From Myxococcota bacterium (GTDB lineage: Bacteria > Myxococcota_A > UBA796 > UBA2385): DNA of 51,946 nucleotides. The stretch is from positions 1-51,946 of the forward strand of contig JBIJDH010000039.1 in assembly GCA_044344255.1 (NCBI GenBank), read 5' to 3'. Numbering within the stretch: the first letter of the stretch is position 1; the number at the start of each line of letters is the position of its first letter. Under the pieces are notes generated by a model, which searched no databases, was not told the origin of the DNA, and was given only the letters and a program-made list of their open reading frames with translations. Below are positions 9,312 through 18,231 of the stretch, one piece after another. A program made the position numbers and the translations under genes.

Positions 9312-10973
9312 TCAGACGAGCGGACGGGGGCGGAAGTCGAAGGCGGCGGCGGGCACAGGGAGCCCGTGCGTGCGGAGCTGCTGGGCGCGGCTGATCACGG
9401 CGGCGCCTTCGAGCAGGTTGTAGGCGATTTGAACGGTGCTTCGGTGCTCGAGGGCCTCGAGGAAGCTCCCCTCGACCCAGGCGTTGAAGGCGCCCATCGC
9501 CGGGCCGCACCAGATCTGGAAGTCGACCCGCCGCTCGGCGGTGCCCCGGATGGCCCAGGCGCTGGCCTGGCCGAGGTAGGAGCGGAGCACCAGGGCCATC
9601 TTGTGGCGGGGGTCTCGCTCGGCGCGGCTGACCTCGCGGGGGTCGCGCGCCAACCAGAAGGCCTTCGTGCTCTCCCAGGCCTCCTCGATCGAGCAGCGGA
9701 GCACCTCGGTCTCGAGTCGCTTCTTCTCGGCCGGGGGCAGGGCATCCAGGCTCGGGTGGGCCTTGTAGAGCTCGGAGAGGCGCTTGCCGCGGGCGGCGAA
9801 CATCGTGCCGCGGGAGAGGACCTGCACCTCGACGCCGAGCTCGAACATGTCGGCGGCGGGCGCCATCACGACGTCGGCGAGGCCGGCGGCGGCGAGCATC
9901 TGCTTGCCGGCGGGGGAGAGCCCCGCCTCGAGGGCGGCCTGGTTCACCGAGCCCGTGAGCACGTAGTCGGCGCCGAGGGCGAAGGCGCCGGCCACCGCCC
10001 CGGGGGTGCCGAGGCCGCCCGCGGCGCCGATGCGGATCGGGCGGCGGTAGCCCTGGGCGCGTTGGACGCGGTCGCGGAGCGCGAGCAAGGTGGGGAGGAG
10101 GGCGGGGAGGGCCTGGTTGTCGGTGTGGCCGCCGGAGTCGGCCTCGGCGGTGATGTCCTCGGCGACGGGCACGAGGCGGGCGAGGCGGGCCTCCTCGGCG
10201 CTGAGCTGCCCCTTCTCGACGAGCGCGGCGAGGAGGTCGGCGGGCGCAGGCTCGAGGAAGCGGCGGGCGACCTCGACGCGGGAGACCTTGGCGAAGATGG
10301 CCCGGGCCCGCTCGATGGTGCCGTCGGGGCGCTGGCGGAGGCCGCTGGCGCTCGCGCGGACGACGGCCGGCGTGAGCTTCATGAAGGCCGAGCAGGAGAT
10401 GATCGGCACGCCGTGGCGGAGCATCAGCTCGACGCCCTCGGCCTCGAGGCGGGGCTCCGACGGGCTGTGGATGAGGTTCACCCCCCAGCCGGGGTGGCCC
10501 GGGCCGAGCTCGGCGACGAGGCGAGTGAGGGCGGCCTCCACCCGCTCCGGCGCGAGGCCGGCGGCGCCGAAGAAGCCCACGCAGCCGGCGCGGGCGGCGG
10601 CGATGGTCATCTCGACGGTGGCGATGCCGTTCGCCATCTCGCCCACGACGTAGGGGAAGCGCACCCGGTGGGCCTCGCCGAAGCTGCGGTCGCCCAGCCA
10701 CTCGGGGTAGATCGCCGGCAGGGCGGCGAGGCAGGGCCACGCGGGTCGCGGATCGCCCGTGGGGAGCAGGCTGCCACCGGTGGCGAGCCCGCGGCGCCCG
10801 GAGGCCGGGTCGATGATGATGAAGGCGGGCTCGCGGATCTGGGCGAGGCGCTCGCCGATCTCCGCCGCGGTCCAGGCCGGGGGCGTCGGGCCGGGCGACC
10901 AGCGCGCGACGGCGCCCAGGGCGACGTCTTCGGCCGTGTTGGACCCGTGGTCCGCTCTGCTGGTCGTGTGCAT
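9312..10973 (-). CDS. pfa1: PUFA synthase enoyl reductase Pfa1 (PfaD-like), 553 aa
   Basis: GEMANGIA, AEADSGGHTD, GAAGGLGTP, LTGSVNQ, APAADMFELG and QIWCGPAMGAFN are PfaD/trans-ER motifs; ATG 10973 follows GAGGACGAG. Confidence 0.95.
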   Translation of the reverse strand: MHTTSRADHGSNTAEDVALGAVARWSPGPTPPAWTAAEIGERLAQIREPAFIIIDPASGRRGLATGGSLLPTGDPRPAWPCLAALPAIYPEWLGDRSFGEAHRVRFPYVVGEMANGIATVEMTIAAARAGCVGFFGAAGLAPERVEAALTRLVAELGPGHPGWGVNLIHSPSEPRLEAEGVELMLRHGVPIISCSAFMKLTPAVVRASASGLRQRPDGTIERARAIFAKVSRVEVARRFLEPAPADLLAALVEKGQLSAEEARLARLVPVAEDITAEADSGGHTDNQALPALLPTLLALRDRVQRAQGYRRPIRIGAAGGLGTPGAVAGAFALGADYVLTGSVNQAALEAGLSPAGKQMLAAAGLADVVMAPAADMFELGVEVQVLSRGTMFAARGKRLSELYKAHPSLDALPPAEKKRLETEVLRCSIEEAWESTKAFWLARDPREVSRAERDPRHKMALVLRSYLGQASAWAIRGTAERRVDFQIWCGPAMGAFNAWVEGSFLEALEHRSTVQIAYNLLEGAAVISRAQQLRTHGLPVPAAAFDFRPRPLV

Positions 10974-11028
10974 CTCGTCCTCGAGAGGTCGGCCGACTAA
11001 CGCGGGGGCCAATTCTCTCTCCGGAGGA

Positions 11029-11064
11029 GACGGTTTCGTAACCGTCGGTGACCGAACCGTGACA
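11029..11064. promoter_or_regulatory. Candidate operator in the divergent pfa1/pilT intergenic region
   Basis: Perfect inverted repeat GACGGTT-N4-AACCGTC (11029-11046) and GTAAC/GTGAC/GTGAC direct repeats at 11038, 11048, 11059. Confidence 0.4.
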
Positions 11065-11086
11065 TGCCGGACGCCCGTGCCATAAT
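11059..11086 (+). promoter_or_regulatory. Putative sigma70 promoter of the HEAT-PilT gene
   Basis: GTGACA-16 nt-CATAAT with extended -10 TG (TGcCATAAT), 26 nt upstream of ATG 11113. Confidence 0.55.
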
Positions 11087-11112
11087 CCGGCGCCGAACGG
11101 CGGGAGCGTGGG

Positions 11113-13620
11113 ATGGCCTTCATCGGTTTCGGGAAGAAAAAGCCGCTTGAACGTGCGCTTGAGGGTGCGTGGAAGGATGAAGCGGAGAAGGCCGAGATCA
11201 TCGCTGAGCTGAAAGACTCTGGGATCAAGCCGATCGCCGCCATCCCGCTGCTCTGGCAGCGGGACGCCGCCGTTCGGCAGGCCGGCGTGGAGCGCTTCCT
11301 CGACGGGGCTGACCTCAAGGCCGTCCAGACGCTCTTTGGAGAGCTCATCGACCAGACCAGCCACGCCCGCACCTTCGTGGCCCGCCTCATCCCGCGCCTC
11401 GACGACGCCGTGGTGAACAAGGCCCTCGAGGGCCTGATGCGCGACGCCGATTCGCGCCGCTCGCGCCTCGCCTGGGAGATGGCGATGAACCTGCGCGGGG
11501 CCTCCCGCGAACAGTGGCTGGTGCGGGCCGCCACCGAGGGCTCGCCGCCCGTGCGCCTCACGGCGGTGCGCGGCCTCGCGCAGGACGGCCTCGCCAAGAC
11601 GCAGATGGAGCTCTTCCTCACCGTCGCGAAGGACCCCGATCAGGAGGTCGCGGCGGCGGCCCTCGAGGCGATCATCGCCTTGCCCGACCCGCGTGTGATC
11701 GGGCTGATGATCGACCGCTTCGCCCACGGCGACGCCTCGGCCCGCGAGAAGGCGGCCCAGTACCTCCGCCACCAGGCCCGCCTCGAGCCCGCCAAGATGC
11801 GCGAGCGGATGCTCTCGCTGCTTGGAGAGGGGGAGGACGCCACGCGCCGGCTGAGCGTGCAGATCCTCCTCGCCACGGGGACGCCCGCCGATGTGCTCCA
11901 TGACATCCTCGTCTTCTCGAAGGACCTCGTCGGTTGGCTGCGCACCCGCATCCTCGAGACGCTCCAGACCTTCGGCGACCAGCTCCTCGAGCCCGCCCTC
12001 GCCCTCCTCGACCACCAGGACGAGGCCATCCGCACCTCCGCCCTCGTGCTGGCCGAACAATTCAACGATCCGCGGGTGGTGCCGCCGGTCGTCAAGCTGC
12101 TCTCGGCGCCGGACTGGTGGCTGCGCATCACCGCCTGCGACACCCTCGGCCGCTTGAAGGACGAGCGCGCCGTGCCAGCGCTCGTCGAGGCCTTGAAGGA
12201 TGAGGACGCCCGCTGGGCCGCGATCGACGCCCTCGCCCGCATCGGCTCCCCCACGGCGCTCAAGCCGCTCGTCGCCAACCTCCGCGACCCTCGCCCCGAG
12301 GTGCGCCTCGAGGTGGTGCGGGCCTTCGCCAGCTTCGATGACGCGCGCCTGCTGCCCTACCTCCAGCACGTCGCCGACAAGGACACCAGCCTCGAGGTGC
12401 GCACCCGCGCCGCCGAGGTGGGCCGAGCGATGAGCGAGCGGCTCCACCTCAAGCACGAGGGCAAAGACGCCTCGGCGGTCGGAAAGACCAGCGAGACCCT
12501 GACGAACCCCGTGGACAAGCTGCTCGCCCAGGCCCGCGAGCAGGGGGCGAGCGACCTGCACATCAGCGTGGGCGAGCCGCCGATCATGCGGCGGAACGGG
12601 CAGCTCAGCCGCATCGAGGGCTGGCCCGCCCTGCCGGCCCCCTCGACGGCGAAGGCGGTGGGCGCCCTGCTGACGCCGCGACAGGCTGGCCTGCTGGAAG
12701 AGAACGGAGAGGTCGATCTCTGCTACGCCATCCCGGAGGTCGGGCGGTACCGGGTCAACGCCTATCGGCAGCGGAAGGGGATCTGCGCGTCTTTCCGTAT
12801 CATCCCGAACACGCCGCCCACCTTCTCGGACATCCGCCTGCCCGGGCGACTGACCGAGCTGCTCGACTACCACCAAGGCCTGATCGTGGTCTCCGGGCCC
12901 GCCGGCTCGGGAAAGTCCACCACCCTCGCCGCGATCATCAACCTCATCAACGAGAGCCGGGCCACCCACATCATCACCCTCGAGGACCCCATCGAGTTTG
13001 TCCACCCGGTGAAGAGCGCGCTCGTCAACCAGCGCGAGGTGGGCAAGCACACCGAGAGCTTCGCCCGCGCGCTGCGGGGCGCCTTGCGGGAAGACCCCGA
13101 CGTCATCATGGTGGGCGAGCTCCGCGACCCCGAGACGATGCGGATGGCCCTCGAGGCCTCGGAGACGGGCCACCTCGTCATCGCGACGATGCACACCACG
13201 AGCGCGATCCAGACGATCGAGCGCCTCATCCAGAGCTTCCCGCCCGAGGAGCAGGCCCAGGTGCGGATGGGCCTCTCGGAGTCGCTGAAGTGGATTGTCT
13301 GTCAGTCGCTCATCCAGCGGAATGACCAGCCCGGCCGAGTGGCCGTGTTCGAGCTCTTGAAGAACACCTTCAGCATGAGCACCCTCATCCGCGACAACAA
13401 GACCTTTCAGATCCCCGGGCTCATGCAGATCGGGCGTCGGGCGGGGATGCGCACGGTGGACATGGCGCTCCAGGACCTCGTCGAGGCCCAGATCATCACC
13501 CCGGAGGCCGCGTGGTCCCGCGCGGTGAACCCCGAGAACTTCGCGGGGATGTGCGCGCCGGGCTTCCTTGAGCGCTCGGGGGAGGACGCGCCCCCCGAGG
13601 CTGCGCCCGCCGCCCCCTGA
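11113..13620 (+). CDS. PilT/PilU-family ATPase fused to an N-terminal HEAT-repeat solenoid
   Basis: ~450 aa of HEAT-like repeats (LKDEDARWAAIDALARIG, DPRPEVRLEVVRAF), then ASDLHI, GPAGSGKST, TLEDPIE, VGELRD, TGHLVIATMHT. Confidence 0.9.
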   Translation: MAFIGFGKKKPLERALEGAWKDEAEKAEIIAELKDSGIKPIAAIPLLWQRDAAVRQAGVERFLDGADLKAVQTLFGELIDQTSHARTFVARLIPRLDDAVVNKALEGLMRDADSRRSRLAWEMAMNLRGASREQWLVRAATEGSPPVRLTAVRGLAQDGLAKTQMELFLTVAKDPDQEVAAAALEAIIALPDPRVIGLMIDRFAHGDASAREKAAQYLRHQARLEPAKMRERMLSLLGEGEDATRRLSVQILLATGTPADVLHDILVFSKDLVGWLRTRILETLQTFGDQLLEPALALLDHQDEAIRTSALVLAEQFNDPRVVPPVVKLLSAPDWWLRITACDTLGRLKDERAVPALVEALKDEDARWAAIDALARIGSPTALKPLVANLRDPRPEVRLEVVRAFASFDDARLLPYLQHVADKDTSLEVRTRAAEVGRAMSERLHLKHEGKDASAVGKTSETLTNPVDKLLAQAREQGASDLHISVGEPPIMRRNGQLSRIEGWPALPAPSTAKAVGALLTPRQAGLLEENGEVDLCYAIPEVGRYRVNAYRQRKGICASFRIIPNTPPTFSDIRLPGRLTELLDYHQGLIVVSGPAGSGKSTTLAAIINLINESRATHIITLEDPIEFVHPVKSALVNQREVGKHTESFARALRGALREDPDVIMVGELRDPETMRMALEASETGHLVIATMHTTSAIQTIERLIQSFPPEEQAQVRMGLSESLKWIVCQSLIQRNDQPGRVAVFELLKNTFSMSTLIRDNKTFQIPGLMQIGRRAGMRTVDMALQDLVEAQIITPEAAWSRAVNPENFAGMCAPGFLERSGEDAPPEAAPAAP

Positions 13621-13683
13621 ACGAGCCGCCCGCCCTCTCCGCAACACCCTCGTCATCCCCTCTCGGTACCCCTGGAACCGCCG

Positions 13684-14802
13684 ATGTCCACCCCCGCCAA
13701 AGCCCCCCGAGGGCCTGCGAACCTGATTGACCGCTTCCTGCAGCTCATGCAGGACCGCGGCGCGAGTGACCTCCACCTCTCCGTGGGCCGCCCGCCGATC
13801 TTTCGTCTATCGGGCCGCATTGAGCCCATCCGCTACCGGCTGCTCGACGACAACGACTTCAAGCGCTTCATCGAGCCCATCGCGCCGGCGCACCTCTGGA
13901 AGCGTTACGTCGAGCTCGGAGACACCGACTTCGCCTACGAGGTGCCCGGACTGGCGCGCTTCCGCGTCAACCTGTTCAAGCAGGAGCGCGGGATGGGCGC
14001 GGTCTTCCGGATCATCCCGACCAAGATCATGACCCTCGAGCAGCTCGGCATGCCCGAGTCTGTGCACCGCATCGCCAAGATGCGGAGCGGGCTCGTGCTG
14101 GTGACGGGGCCGACGGGCTCGGGCAAGTCGACCACCCTCGCCGGCATCATCCACGAGATGAACATGAACCGGGCGATGCACTTCGTCACGATCGAGGACC
14201 CCATCGAGTTTGTCCACGAGAACCGAAAGGCCCTCGTGAGCCAGCGGGAGATCGGCCCCCACAGCAAGGGCTTCACCCCCGCGCTGCGCGCCGCCGTGCG
14301 CGAAGACCCCGACTGCATCCTCGTGGGCGAGATGCGCGACCTCGAGACCATCGAGATGGCGCTCAACGCCGCCGAGACGGGGCTGCTCGTCTTTGGCACC
14401 TTGCATACGAACTCGGCCAGCAAGACGATGGACCGCATCATCAACGTCTTCCCCTCCGAGCGCCAGGAGGGCGTGCGCGGCGTGCTCTCCGGGGTGATCA
14501 AGGCGGTGCTGGCCCAGCAGCTCCTCCGCCGCAAGAAGGGGGGGCGCGTGGCGGCGATCGAGGTCATGTTCGGAAATCCGACCCTCTCGTCGCTCATCCG
14601 CGAGGGGAAGACCCATCAGATCGGCGGCTTCATCGCCCAGGGCAAGTCGAAGGGCATGATCACGATGGACGCCAGCCTCCGCCGCCTCGTGGTGGAGGAC
14701 GTCATCGATCCCGAGGCCGCCCTCGAGAAGTCCCTCGACAAGGATGAGATGCGGAAGTGGCTGAAGGAGCGCGGGGCGGAGGTGAGCGAGGAGAACGAAT
14801 AG
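13684..14802 (+). CDS. pilT: PilT-family type IV pilus ATPase paralog
   Basis: ASDLHL, RFRVN, GPTGSGKST, TIEDPIE, VGEMRD, GTLHT. Confidence 0.9.
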   Translation: MSTPAKAPRGPANLIDRFLQLMQDRGASDLHLSVGRPPIFRLSGRIEPIRYRLLDDNDFKRFIEPIAPAHLWKRYVELGDTDFAYEVPGLARFRVNLFKQERGMGAVFRIIPTKIMTLEQLGMPESVHRIAKMRSGLVLVTGPTGSGKSTTLAGIIHEMNMNRAMHFVTIEDPIEFVHENRKALVSQREIGPHSKGFTPALRAAVREDPDCILVGEMRDLETIEMALNAAETGLLVFGTLHTNSASKTMDRIINVFPSERQEGVRGVLSGVIKAVLAQQLLRRKKGGRVAAIEVMFGNPTLSSLIREGKTHQIGGFIAQGKSKGMITMDASLRRLVVEDVIDPEAALEKSLDKDEMRKWLKERGAEVSEENE

Positions 14803-14854
14803 GGGAGAACGAATAGGGGAGAACGAATAGGGGAGAACGAATAGGGGAGAACGA
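14790..14854 (+). repeat. 14-bp tandem repeat GAGAACGAATAGGG (~4.6 copies) containing the pilT stop codon
   Basis: Units start at 14791, 14805, 14819, 14833 and 14847 (partial). Confidence 0.95.
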
Positions 14855-14859
14855 GCAGG

Positions 14860-14935
14860 TCAGCCGGGCTCGCTCTCCCACTTCTTGCGCTTCCGCCAGA
14901 GGGTGGCCGGATCGACGCGGGCCGCCTCGCCCTCC
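14860..14935 (-). pseudogene. Possible relic of a Fis-type HTH C-terminus from an NtrC-family regulator
   Basis: Minus frame reads EAARVDPATLWRKRKKWESEPG*, resembling AAxxLGIDxxTLxRK with about 3 residues missing. Confidence 0.4.
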
Positions 14936-15102
14936 GCCGAGACCGCCTGGGCGCCGCGGAGATACCACGGCGTTAGAGCGGGGGCTGCCCCCCGAGCCGA
15001 GGCCCGCATGAAGCTCCCCGCCGCCCCCCTGACGCCCCTGGCCTGCCGGAGCCGCGCCCGGCCGGCGCGCCGCGGTCCCTTGGTTCCTGGTCTGGGGGTC
15101 GC

Positions 15103-16608
15103 GTGAAGGAGCTGCTGCAGCGTATCGGGCTGCTGGTGCGGGCGCGGTATCCGCTCGTCGCCCTGCTCAGCCACGAGGAGGCCCGCGTCGAGAAGGCCCT
15201 CGGCAAGGTGGCCAGCGAGGAGAAGCTCGCGCTCTATCGGTGGTCGAGCACCCGCGGCCTCGAGGGCCCGGACGGCAAGCTCCGGCCCGAGACCGCCGGC
15301 CTCGGCCTCGCGCTCCAGGCCATCGAAGCCACCGGCGAGCCCGCCCTCTTCCTCCTGCTCGACCCTCACCCCTTCCTCTCCGATCCGCTGGTGGTGCGGC
15401 GCCTGCGTGACATGGCCCAGCGCCTCGGCCCGAAGCGGCAGGCCGTGGTCATGCTGATGAGCCGGCCGTCGGTGCCCGAGGAGCTCTCGAAGGAGCTCGT
15501 GGTGCTCGACGTGCCCCTGCCTGACCGCGAGGAGGTCTCGCGGCTGCTCACGGTGCTGCTCAAGAACCAGCAGATCGAGGTGCCCCCCGAGCGCTTCGAG
15601 CGCTTCGTGAAGGGCTCCCTCGGCCTCACCGAGCACGAGACGAAGCGCCTCTACGCCCGCATCCTGCTCGGCGGCGGGCGCTTCACCGATGATGATCTCC
15701 AGTCGCTGATTGAGGAGAAGCGGCAGGCCATCCGCCGCAGCCGCGTGCTCGAGCTCTGGGAGGCCGGCGGCTCCATTCGTGACGTCGGGGGGATGGACAA
15801 CCTCAAGCAGTGGCTCGAGCAGCGCCGCCTCGGCTTCAGCGCGAAGGCGAGGGTCTATGGCCTCCCCGAGCCGCGGGGCATGTTCCTCCTCGGCGTGCAG
15901 GGCTGCGGAAAGTCACTCATGGCCAAGGCGGTGGCCGATCTCTGGCAGCTCCCCCTGCTCCGCCTCGACGTCGCGGCCCTGTTCCAATCGGGGGGCCGGG
16001 AGGAGGACAGCCTCCGCGAGACCGTGCGCGTGGCCGAGAGCCTCGCCCCGGTGGTCCTCTGGATCGACGAGATTGAGAAGGGCTTCCTGTCGGGGGCCGA
16101 CCGCGGCGGCGGCGGACAGGCCTTCGGATATTTCCTCACCTGGATGCAGGAGAAGCAGAAGCCGGTCTTCGTGGTGGCCACCGCCAACGAGGTGCGCATC
16201 CTCCCGCCCGAGCTCCTCCGAAAGGGCCGTTTTGACGAGATCTTCTTCGTAGACCTCCCGAATGTGCACGAGCGGCTCGGCGTGCTCGACATCCACCTCC
16301 GCCGCCGTGGCCGCGACCCCGTCCGCTTCGAGCTCACCCAGGTGGCCGAGGAGACCGAGCGCTTCAGCGGCGCCGAGCTCGAGCAGGTGGTGGTCTCCGC
16401 CCTCTTCGCCGCCTTCGCCGATGGCCGGGAGCTCGAGTCGGACGACCTCCTCGACGCGGCCCGCGAGATGATCCCCCTCGCCGTGACGATGGACGACCAG
16501 CTCAAAGACCTCCGGGAGTGGGCCCGCCCCCGCGCCCGCCCCGCCAGCACCGATCGGCGGCGGATTGACTTCTTCAGCGAGTGGACCGGCGGCGTCGAGG
16601 CGGAGTGA
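15103..16608 (+). CDS. AAA+ ATPase, Ycf46-like
   Basis: VGGMDNLKQWL, GVQGCGKS, WIDEIEKG, ATAN, LRKGRFDEIFFVDLP, FSGAELE. Confidence 0.85.
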   Translation: MKELLQRIGLLVRARYPLVALLSHEEARVEKALGKVASEEKLALYRWSSTRGLEGPDGKLRPETAGLGLALQAIEATGEPALFLLLDPHPFLSDPLVVRRLRDMAQRLGPKRQAVVMLMSRPSVPEELSKELVVLDVPLPDREEVSRLLTVLLKNQQIEVPPERFERFVKGSLGLTEHETKRLYARILLGGGRFTDDDLQSLIEEKRQAIRRSRVLELWEAGGSIRDVGGMDNLKQWLEQRRLGFSAKARVYGLPEPRGMFLLGVQGCGKSLMAKAVADLWQLPLLRLDVAALFQSGGREEDSLRETVRVAESLAPVVLWIDEIEKGFLSGADRGGGGQAFGYFLTWMQEKQKPVFVVATANEVRILPPELLRKGRFDEIFFVDLPNVHERLGVLDIHLRRRGRDPVRFELTQVAEETERFSGAELEQVVVSALFAAFADGRELESDDLLDAAREMIPLAVTMDDQLKDLREWARPRARPASTDRRRIDFFSEWTGGVEAE

Positions 16609-16660
16609 GGCGCGGCGCCGCTGCCGGTGGTAGGCTTCGGCTCCACCGCTGGAGCTCCCC

Positions 16661-17254
16661 ATGCCCATCCATGACACCCGCGCCCCCGCCAAGGCGGTGG
16701 CCGGCCCCATCGGCCGCGTCTTCAACCGCATCGCCGGCAAGGCCGACAACAACACCGATTCCGCCGGCATGGCCTTCACCCGCGACCAGCTCAAGGCCTA
16801 CCTCGACAAGCGCATCGGCCTCGCCGAGGGGGAGTTCTTCCGCGGCGCCAAGCTCGACGGCGTGGCCGAGGCCCTCGTGGCGAAGCTCGACCAGGACAAA
16901 GACGGCGCCGTCACCTGGGAGGAGTTCCAGGCCTTTGAGGAGCAGACCCTCGCCGCCATCGCCCCGGGCTCCCAACGCGGCGACGACCCGGCCGCCGTCA
17001 GCGCCGCCGCCACCACCCGCTTTGGCCAGATGGACAGCAGCCGCGACGGAAAGGTCGCCTTCGGGGAGCTTCAGACCGGCACCGAGGCCGCCCTGCCCGC
17101 CAACACCGACCACAAGGACCTCGTCGCCCAGCTGGGCGCTCGTATCGCCCTGGACGCCGCCGATCAGGACGAGCAGGCCAAGGCCGTCAAAGACCGCAGC
17201 CTCACCGGCGGCGAGTGGACCCAGGCCGCCGTCGCCATGGCCTCCCGCCGCTGA
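16661..17254 (+). CDS. EF-hand calcium-binding protein
   Basis: DQDKDGAVTWEEF and DSSRDGKVAFGEL loops; SD GGAG before ATG. Confidence 0.75.
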   Translation: MPIHDTRAPAKAVAGPIGRVFNRIAGKADNNTDSAGMAFTRDQLKAYLDKRIGLAEGEFFRGAKLDGVAEALVAKLDQDKDGAVTWEEFQAFEEQTLAAIAPGSQRGDDPAAVSAAATTRFGQMDSSRDGKVAFGELQTGTEAALPANTDHKDLVAQLGARIALDAADQDEQAKAVKDRSLTGGEWTQAAVAMASRR

Positions 17255-17264
17255 GCGCCCGCGC

Positions 17265-18119
17265 CTACCCCGGGAGCGGCCCCGCGGGAGAGAAGCCCAC
17301 CTTCGCCGCCCACTCGGCGTGCAGCGGTAGCTCCATCCCCTGTCGGGCGGCGGCGGCGAAGAGCCAGCCGTTGCGCCAGGGCCACTCGCGGAGGCGGGCG
17401 GGCCAGGGGGCGATGGCCGCGCTGTACACGAGCAGGCGCTCGACGAGGGCCGGGGTGTCGAGGTCGAGGCCGGGCTCGCGGCGGAGGAGGGGGGTGAGCT
17501 CGGCGGCGAGGGCCAGGACGAGGTCGCGGTGGTCGAGCGCGATCTCGCCGACAGGCCGCCGCAGGGCCTCGCCGAGCAGGCCGAAGATGCAGATCCAGGC
17601 GAGCTTGACGGCCACCTCGGTGTGCAGCGCGGGCTCGCTCACCGCCCGGGCGGCGACGCCGTGGGCGTCCATCATCTCGGCGACGGTCGCCGCCCAGGGG
17701 CCGGCGAAGGCGCTGGTGCCGCCCGCGATGGGGGAGTCCCCGCGGGCCGCCACCGCCACCCAGAGCACCCCCACCGTGGCGCCGGACACGCCGTGGGCGG
17801 TCATCCAGGGCCGCACGACACCGTTCTGGACGAGGACGAGGTCGGCGTGGCGGCTCGGGTGGACGCGGTCGAGCACGGCCTCGAGGTCGTCGTTGCGGGT
17901 GCAGACGACGATCGGCCGCGGGGGGCCGGGGGCGTGGAGGCCGACAGGGTCGTGGCGCCGGGTGACGGCGACGGGCTGCCAGGGGCCCTGCGTCATGCCC
18001 ATCAGCAGGGCGCCGATGCGCCCCTCGGCGCCGAGCACGATCACCTCTGGCCCTCCTTCGGCGGGGTCGCTCCCCGGGGGAGTGGGCGCGAGGGTGGGAG
18101 GTGGCGTGGGGTCGGACAT
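17265..18119 (-). CDS. Ketopantoate reductase (PanE/ApbA)-like Rossmann protein
   Basis: VIVLGAEGRIG, VVCTRNDDL, LVQNG, KLAWICIFG; ATG 18119 after GGAGGGAG. Confidence 0.55.
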   Translation of the reverse strand: MSDPTPPPTLAPTPPGSDPAEGGPEVIVLGAEGRIGALLMGMTQGPWQPVAVTRRHDPVGLHAPGPPRPIVVCTRNDDLEAVLDRVHPSRHADLVLVQNGVVRPWMTAHGVSGATVGVLWVAVAARGDSPIAGGTSAFAGPWAATVAEMMDAHGVAARAVSEPALHTEVAVKLAWICIFGLLGEALRRPVGEIALDHRDLVLALAAELTPLLRREPGLDLDTPALVERLLVYSAAIAPWPARLREWPWRNGWLFAAAARQGMELPLHAEWAAKVGFSPAGPLPG

Positions 18120-18231
18120 GGTGGCTCCCTCCGGCGCGAGCGCGGCGGAACCGCTAACCTCCCGCCGCTCGCCGGCCCCGGCCTGACCTGGGCGGCGGCG
18201 CGGCGCCTCGTTTTCGGGTAGGGCCCACGCC

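Noticed and set aside
74..9423. Long plus-strand ORFs (801, 1325, 834 aa) and similar long shadow ORFs across the window
   Set aside because: They lie antisense to genes with clear motifs, which is expected at this GC content, and have no recognisable domains.
11066..11083. Sigma54 promoter for pfa1 (TGGCACG on the minus strand)
   Set aside because: No GC at the -12 position (GG-N10-CG).
9295..13776. N-terminal extension of the 3674-aa ORF as part of one giant PKS
   Set aside because: It is the antisense shadow of the HEAT-PilT gene plus an off-frame reading of pfa1; PKS motifs begin only after Met 9294.
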